Assembly (NCBI GenBank): GCA_965197925.1
Contig: CBDAOC010000020.1
Span: 704,001 to 768,000, forward strand
Source of the DNA: Nitrososphaerales archaeon
Lineage (GTDB): Archaea; Thermoproteota; Nitrososphaeria; Nitrososphaerales; UBA213
Length of the DNA: 64,000 nucleotides
Direction: 5' to 3'
The position numbers were made by a program, and so were the translations under genes. Position 1 is the stretch's first letter, and each line of letters starts with the position of its first letter. The notes below the pieces were generated by a model that saw only the letters and a list, made by a program, of their open reading frames with translations, did not search any database and had not been told where the DNA came from. Positions 57,407-64,000 of the stretch are shown here, piece by piece.

Positions 57407-58285
57407 CAACTGATCCCAAAACTGATCATTTAGTGAATAATTGACGATCATTTGGATCTATTTGCAATGCTGCCCGTAGCAGATCATGAAATTTCAGGAG
57501 ATAACAGGTGAACAATGGAAGATGATATCACCGCATCTCCCCAAGCCAGCCAGAACCGGAAGGCCAAGGGCAGACGACAGAAAGACAGTCAACGGAATCC
57601 TGTTTGTCGGGATAACAGGATGCAGGTGGACTGGGATGTCACAAAGGTACGGCTCCAAATCAACTGCGCACCGCAGACTGCAGAACTGGCAGCGACGTGG
57701 AATATGGAAGAATATCCTCTCCGCTGCAGTCAAATCAGCCCACAGATCAGGCAAGATGCAGCTGCAAAAAACGGTCGATTCGTCATCAGTTCCGGCCAAA
57801 AAAGGGGAAGCGTCATAGGATACAACGGATTCAACAGGATTTCAGGCACAAAAATACACGTTGCGGTGGAACAAAACGGACTGCCAGTCTCAGTAGTGAT
57901 GGGTCCTGCAAATCAGCATGACTCCCAGATTTGTAGACGTGATGGATGGCATCTCACAATATCTGGATGAGAGATCTATCAGAAAAATTGCGCGGTGCCA
58001 AGCAGACAAGGGCTATGATGCAGAATTCATCAGGAAATACCTCACCAAAAGAAAAATCTCTGACTGCATGCCTTACAGAAAAAACAGTAAGACACAACAA
58101 CAAAATGATAATACAGAACAAATACCTATACGGCAAGACGCGCTATGTTGTGGAGAGATTCTTTGCCTGGTTGAAGAATGGGTTCCACAGAACCAGGATC
58201 AGATATGAGAAGAATGCACAAAACTATCTGGCATTTGTTATCATTTCGTCGATTATGATGTATTGGAGAGTATTGGGATGACTTC
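57407..58285 (+). mobile_element. IS family B copy B3 nested in IS A6, defective
   Basis: Same termini as B1 and B2. TSD ATT/ATT. Confidence 0.96.
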
Positions 58286-59119
58286 ATTACCATTCCTGTA
58301 GGCAATGAAGATGTTATGCTTTCATACATCTTGTTATCAGTAATGCTAGCTGTTGTGAAATCAGCTGATAATGGAACTATCAACGAACCTGTGCTACATG
58401 CTAGATGCATCTTGTATCCGAATACCCATCCCTTGGTTCTGCTGAATCCCCATCGAGCATCTGTATCTATACCGGAGCGTGGTACTTCGTTCTTCTTCAT
58501 GCTAGATTTGTGCCATACATGTCCCTTTGCTTTCAACAATGAACTGTCAACGGATACTATGGCTGGGTCTACCAACCCATCTTTTATGAAGAGCATACCC
58601 ATAGCACCTATCCTTGATCTTATGTCAATTGATATGGTCTTGACCTTCTGTCGAATGTTCTTCTGTCTGGCAACCTATCAAGACCACATGCCTTCATTAC
58701 CTTCCTGTTGTATGGCATGTCTATCGAAAAATATTGATGTAACACATTGTTGCTTGGTATTCTTATCCATACTCTAACGATGAAGCATCTACCATAACTG
58801 TAGGAGAATAGTAGAATGGTCTACCCTTTTCCTATTAGGTTTTGACCAAGGAATCACGTCAATCAAAAATAATATACGAAGGAGTATCGAGTCTGAGCTA
58901 AACACATTACCAATATGAACTAGAACCTGATCTTATCGTTTCGAACTAAATTACGCCAAAGCCTCAATTAGCTATCTACTCATCAAGATAATAAAAGTAG
59001 GGGTAAGTAAGAAGGTAAAGCCGGGTCGAGGTAAAGATGAGTCAATTATGCGACACCTCATTGGTATGAAGAAGTATCTACCATACTGTCAAACCATAAA
59101 TTTATCGCAGAACACGAGC

Positions 59120-59221
59120 TATGCATGACATCAATATTTTTCGTTAGATATGGTATACAACAGGAGAGTTATGAAATCATTTGGATAGGTGCCAAATATA
59201 AGAACTTTCAACAGAAGGTTC
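59120..59221 (+). pseudogene. Old remnant of a family-A-related transposase N-terminal region
   Basis: Encodes HQYFSLDMVYNRRVMKSF...RTFNRRF, homologous to the A-family HQYFSIDMPYNRKVMKAC...RTFDRR. Confidence 0.75.
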
Positions 59222-59531
59222 GCGGGAAGAACCTCCAGTAACCACTGATGACAAGCTGAATGATGAACCCGACAACCAGTAGTAATCAATGCTCGACGGA
59301 CCCGCCATTATTTGGTAACTATGCCTGCCTTTTCACGAAGATCTTGCTATTTGTTTGGGTTTCGGATATTGTCAACCTTTCGCGATAAGTTGTTCTACAT
59401 CGTCTCTTGTAATGACCAATTACTTACTTTACTTTCAAATCAAGTTACTTTTGGATATAGCTGGGATTACTTGTGGAAATGAAAATGAGGTCTGTTAATA
59501 CTAAGGGTGATAGTTTTACTGTCCAATCTCT

Positions 59532-60149
59532 CTAGGTTTTTCGAGAGAATACGAGATAAAGACTAGCTGGATCCTCCACGTCTTCCATTATCTCGTTAAT
59601 GTTGAAACCCCGCATTAAACCCATTATGTCTTGTTTACTGAAAAATCTGATCTCAAAACCATTTACATCATAAACTCCATCAAAAACGTGTCTACCCTTA
59701 CCATAAAACTTGTCCTTATCACTTCTAACAGAAAAGAAATGCAACCCTCCAAATTTGAGAACTCTCTTCACCTTATTAAACAAAAATGCCAACTCTTCAT
59801 ATGTGAAGTTCATGCTGAAAAACATATGGGAATAAACAGCCTCAAATTCTTGGTCTTGATAAGGAAGCCCGGTTTTGGCGTTATGCACCACTGCACTTAT
59901 GGGAAGCGTGTGTGCTTTAGCCTGTTTAACAACGGCATTTACTGCAACTTCAGAGTAGTCGAATGTCTCAACATCAATTCCATTGGTGGCAAATAAAATA
60001 CTATCTCTTCCTTGGCCACAGCCAAGTTCCAAAAGTCGCATAAGATCATATCTTTTCATACACTGGTAGCATAATAATGCAAAGCGGCTTGGCTCTTCGC
60101 CAAAAAAGGAAGAATCCTTGTCATATAGTTTATTCCAGACTTCCTTCAT
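59532..60149 (-). CDS. Class I SAM-dependent methyltransferase
   Basis: LLELGCGQGRD motif I; RVLKFGG. Confidence 0.9.
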   Translation of the reverse strand: MKEVWNKLYDKDSSFFGEEPSRFALLCYQCMKRYDLMRLLELGCGQGRDSILFATNGIDVETFDYSEVAVNAVVKQAKAHTLPISAVVHNAKTGLPYQDQEFEAVYSHMFFSMNFTYEELAFLFNKVKRVLKFGGLHFFSVRSDKDKFYGKGRHVFDGVYDVNGFEIRFFSKQDIMGLMRGFNINEIMEDVEDPASLYLVFSRKT

Positions 60150-60311
60150 TTAAGATGCATGAACAACTACTTAATTTCTAGATTTTGTTCTACTAGGAGA
60201 TTTTAACATCTTTTCCATACCCAAGCACCGCAATCCTATTCAATTTAATTGGTGCCATGGTTACTGGATTATAACATCCAGAATCTACTTCCTTTTATAT
60301 AATGTGATAAT

Positions 60312-61292
60312 TTGAGTAAAACTGTGAGCAAATTTACAAAGGTTGAACCATCTTATTTTTCTAAAGACGGATGTAGACTTGTATGGACCGGAGTAGATGA
60401 GGATGATACAGCCACTGTTATCTTGAACGAAGAGGAACTAGATCAGTTAATTGAGATTCTAAAAAACAACATTGTTGGAAAGGTCGAGCTTGAAGACAAT
60501 TTCAGTGAAATTTTAATTAATTCTGATGTTGTACAGTTTCGATTAAAAGAAAGGGACCAACTTGAAGCAAAGACTAGTGAATTTAGAAAAAAGGTATTGG
60601 AATATGCCAAAGTTCCCACCGAACCACTATATGTACAGGTTTTCCCAAAGGAATTTTATCCATCAGTATGGATTCAAAAAGATGACACTGTTGAAACGAC
60701 TAAATTTGGAAAACCCAAAAAGTCTCTTTTAAATGCTATATTATCTGGTAATCCAAAAAGAGTAGAACAAGAAACCTCTGAAACGGATTTGTTTCGGGTC
60801 ATAGCTACAAGACGCTCAACAAGAAGGTTTGCTAAAACTAAGGTAGAAGACTGGAAGGTTGAGAAGATTCTAGCTGCTGCAGATACTGCCCCTACCGCTG
60901 GAAACTTTCAAGGATTAGAGGTATTTTATATAAAAAATAAAAAAGCAAAACAGGCACTTGTAGAGGCTGCAAACAAACAGCCCTATGTTGATGCTCCTCT
61001 TGTTCTAGTTTTTTGTATGAATCCCAGTAGGGTAAAGATGGATTTCCCACCAGAGATGCTTGCAAAGTTCTCAATACAGGATGCTACCTTGGCTGCAGCA
61101 TACTCACAACTAGCGGCACATGCTGTAGGGTTGAGCTCAATCTGGGTAGGTATGATTGATGAAGAAAAGGTAAAGAAGATACTTGAAACTGATTTGAAAC
61201 CCTCCTCTATTCTTTGTGTGGGTTATCCTGCAACAAGAAAACCTCCAAAATCTAGAAGAAAGTTAAAGGATCTAATTCATGTATTGGAATAA
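60312..61292 (+). CDS. Nitroreductase-family protein with an uncharacterised ~150-aa N-terminal domain
   Basis: RRSTRRF, APTAGNFQ, QDATLAAAYSQLAAHAVGLSSIWVG and ILCVGYP motifs. Confidence 0.88.
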   Translation: MSKTVSKFTKVEPSYFSKDGCRLVWTGVDEDDTATVILNEEELDQLIEILKNNIVGKVELEDNFSEILINSDVVQFRLKERDQLEAKTSEFRKKVLEYAKVPTEPLYVQVFPKEFYPSVWIQKDDTVETTKFGKPKKSLLNAILSGNPKRVEQETSETDLFRVIATRRSTRRFAKTKVEDWKVEKILAAADTAPTAGNFQGLEVFYIKNKKAKQALVEAANKQPYVDAPLVLVFCMNPSRVKMDFPPEMLAKFSIQDATLAAAYSQLAAHAVGLSSIWVGMIDEEKVKKILETDLKPSSILCVGYPATRKPPKSRRKLKDLIHVLE

Positions 61293-61569
61293 AAGTAATT
61301 ATTTCAATAAATAAAATTGCTATACAGACATGGATGTTCTATATGATGGACATCTGAAAACTTTTTAGAACAAAAATATTATACTCTCATTACAACCTAA
61401 AGATGTTGAAGTCTGACGTGAACTAATCGTTAGAAACTAATTGAGTTAATTTCTAACAACCAGAAACAAACTCGCCTAATAGACAAATATCCTTGACATC
61501 CTGGGCTAACCCTCCCCACCTCCGTGAGTAGAAATCCCTGGCGTGACTAAATTGTGATGAAAGTAGAAA

Positions 61570-61593
61570 TTGTTAACAGTTCGTATCAAATGT
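61570..61593 (+). repeat. 24-bp direct repeat, copy 1 (candidate recombination site)
   Basis: TTGTTAACAGTTCGTATCAAATGT; 23/24 identical to 61991..62014. Confidence 0.85.
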
Positions 61594-61633
61594 AAAAAAA
61601 GAGTTAATATTAGTCCGCAATAAAAAGTTCTTA

Positions 61634-61948
61634 GTGATTTATTCCGTTAAGGCTCGATACATTGAAAATAAGATGGGAGAATTTTATCAAAAACTAATCG
61701 ATGGTACAATTCAGAATCAAAAAATTGATGGTTATGAGATCGTTAATTCTATGAAACGTGCTAAAATCACTGAACCAAACATAATCCAATGGTCTGAGAT
61801 GTGTCTTTGTCCATCGCCCTTACAACATGAACGTGCGACCGTGTACAATCATTTTCTAACCGATATAGAGACTGAGGTTATAGATGATTATGTAGAGTAT
61901 TAAGGCGAGTCTTTTATGGATTTTTTAGCAAAACAAAATAATGAATAA
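61634..61948 (+). pseudogene. Hypothetical protein between the 24-bp repeats; ORF stops at 61903, probably prematurely
   Basis: 89-aa ORF. The same frame continues 14 codons (GESFMDFLAKQNNE) to TAA 61946..61948, just before the hairpin. The premature-stop reading is inference. Confidence 0.6.
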
Positions 61949-61990
61949 TCCATCGAGAGCCGTACTGGTTATAAGATTAGTTACGGACTC

Positions 61991-62014
61991 TTGTTAACAG
62001 TTAGTATCAAATGT
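61991..62014 (+). repeat. 24-bp direct repeat, copy 2, preceded by a bulged hairpin (61954..61993)
   Basis: TTGTTAACAGTTAGTATCAAATGT. Confidence 0.85.
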
Positions 62015-62790
62015 CAATCATAAATTCTCTTTTTAAAAATAATTTAGTGATAACGGTGTGACCTATTCATCTTATGATTAATTCCTGTTAGCGACTCGCT
62101 AAAATCTCTTTTGTTTGCATTTAGATCGACTTCCCTAGTCTTTTCTCTGAATATTCCTATGTCAGACAGATTTCTTGAAATAATACTTTGTCTCAGTCTG
62201 TTTGGATTTTTTGAATTTGTAATGATCCTTCTTTCCTTTGAGTTACAACATATTCACTTTCATTAAGACCTTAAGCATTATCCAACTAATCATAACGTGT
62301 GTATTAATCTAGATAAAGGACACAATTCCGTGCCTAGGAAGGGGATTTCTCTTTTTAGTCAATTCGTGTATGTGTTTTGACTAGATGGAAGAGCCAGAAT
62401 ATGTTTCTGCTACAAACCTATATGGTTCAAAATATGTAATTTTGTTTTGTTAAGTTTTTTACCCAAAAGATTGTATTCTGTCCAAAACTCTGTACCATGA
62501 ACATATTTTAAATCAGTAGATTTTATGATATTAACTTGTGGAGTTAACACTTCATAATTGCTAATGGTTATAATAAAGTCCCAAATTTTGTCAACGTTTT
62601 GATTTATTATATCTAAATTATGAATTTACAATGAATGAATGTGTAAGTACGGTGTTCAAAGATAATAAACCAAGAATGTTTGAGGACATTAAGGAAGATC
62701 ATCTAATAATGAGCTTCAAGTAACCGGTTTGTTACTTGATTACCCATGTGTTACTAGCTTACATAAATACAAGGCAATTATGAAGTATTA

Positions 62791-63624
62791 ATGGCAAATC
62801 AAAAAATTGCAGTTGTTACTGGAAGCTCAAGTGGAATAGGACTAGAAACTGCAATACTTCTAGCAAAAAATGGTTTTAAGACGTTTGCCACAATGCGAAA
62901 TACTAACAAATCTGACATAATAAAACAAAGATCACAGTCTGAAAATCTACTAATAGAAATACTTCAACCTGATGTAACTGATGATGCATCTGTAAAAAAC
63001 GCAATTAACACTATAGTAGAAAAAGAAGGACGGATTGATGTTCTAGTAAATAATGCAGGATATGGAATAATGGGTGCTGTTGAAGACCTATCTTCTGAAG
63101 AAGTTAAAAATCAATTTGACACTAATGTCTTTGGTCCTTTTCGTACTGCCCGGGAAGTTTTACCTACTATGAGAAAACAAAAAAGTGGAAGAATAATTAC
63201 AATTAGTTCTATCACTGGATTTATGGGAATGGCAGTGATGTCTGCATACGCAGCTTCTAAATTTGCAGTTGAAGGATTCACCGAATCTTTACGACATGAA
63301 GTTTCTCAATTTGGGATTCACGCATGTGTTATAGAACCTGGAGCTATCAAGACCAATATACAGTTGCAGGCCGCAAAAGAATCCATGGAAAATTCTGCAT
63401 ATTCTGACATGACCCAAGCATTGGGAAAAGCAATGGTGAATATGATGGAAAATCGATCCTCTCTTCCTAGTGTCGTTGCTGAAGCGGTACTAAAAGCGGC
63501 AACAGCGGAGAATCCTGAGACTCGATACACAGCCGGTGAAGACGCTAAAATGGTACAACAAGCAAGAAAAACAAAATCGGATAAAGATTTTGAAGAATTT
63601 ATTCGAACTAGCTTTATGTCTTAA
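62791..63624 (+). CDS. Short-chain dehydrogenase/reductase
   Basis: TGSSSGIG, LVNNAG and YAASKFAVEG motifs. Confidence 0.93.
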   Translation: MANQKIAVVTGSSSGIGLETAILLAKNGFKTFATMRNTNKSDIIKQRSQSENLLIEILQPDVTDDASVKNAINTIVEKEGRIDVLVNNAGYGIMGAVEDLSSEEVKNQFDTNVFGPFRTAREVLPTMRKQKSGRIITISSITGFMGMAVMSAYAASKFAVEGFTESLRHEVSQFGIHACVIEPGAIKTNIQLQAAKESMENSAYSDMTQALGKAMVNMMENRSSLPSVVAEAVLKAATAENPETRYTAGEDAKMVQQARKTKSDKDFEEFIRTSFMS

Positions 63625-64000
63625 TTAATTTGAATGGAGTTTTTCCAAACCTTCAGCAATCATCTTATACACAGGCTGAAAATTATTTCGTAAATCGTCT
63701 TCACTAATTCCTTTTGGTTCTGCAGTGGAGGAAAAATCTAGTTCTGTTGCCGTCTAAAGCTTTGACCTTTACAGTAAATATCCCATTTGATACTGGCATT
63801 GGTCCTTCTAACAAAGTTATGCTGATGGTTTTCTGGGATTCATCTAGAGATTCTAATCTCTCGGATAATTTACCTGTGCTTCCATCTAGCTGTGAAATTG
63901 TACAGATACGAGTTGCTCCAACGCCACTTCCTTGAACTTCAGTTTTTTGTACTAATGGAAGATATTTCTCTACGTTATCAAAACTTTTCAGTGTATCCCA
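63625..64000 (-). pseudogene. SRPBCC/polyketide cyclase-like protein, frameshifted near 63735; 5' end outside the window
   Basis: WDTLKSFDNVEKYLP...GSGVGATRIC...ERLESLDE. The C-terminal helix VYKMIAEGLEKL is in a different frame. Confidence 0.75.

Larger units (their letters stand above)
56932..58965 (-). mobile_element. IS family A copy A6, interrupted by IS B3 and carrying a 59-bp tandem duplication
   Basis: Both TIRs present. The sequence resumes exactly after IS B3. Confidence 0.96.

Noticed and set aside
59245..59285. C/D box-like motifs (TGATGA, CTGA, ATGATGA)
   Set aside because: Guide spacing is too short, there is no terminal D box, and it lies in pseudogene debris.

Overview
Archaeal chromosome segment. 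The gene content points to Nitrososphaerota/Thaumarchaeota (inference): rpoE1-spt4, aEF-1beta, CDC48, aIF6, BHB-intron tRNAs, an AOA-type ferredoxin and cupredoxin, and 3-hydroxyacyl-CoA dehydrogenase. Intact housekeeping blocks (nadX-nadA-nadC, mrp, GGR-EF1b-cdc48-ctaB, hisS-eif6, acuC-tRNA-Ser) alternate with heavily decayed accessory DNA. About 13.4 kb (about 21%) is insertion sequence from five families (my labels A-E, 14 copies, some nested or truncated), plus an IS6-type MITE. Every copy that can be read to its end is defective, and several host genes are pseudogenes. There is no CRISPR array, cas gene or integrase. The best leads are: (1) one gene bracketed by 24-bp direct repeats with integron-like but non-canonical att architecture (61.4-62.0 kb); (2) a 37-bp repeat / 36-bp insert / 37-bp repeat inside an IS, with the geometry of a single CRISPR spacer acquisition (26.2-26.3 kb); (3) two near-identical IS5 copies with very different ~150-bp segments inside the right terminal repeat; (4) target-duplication evidence for an IS-mediated 6.5-kb inversion; (5) a CTG-start (or readthrough-fused) spt4; (6) a metallothionein-like peptide; (7) tRNAs with non-canonical or double introns. 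All family assignments come from motif recognition by eye, not database searches.
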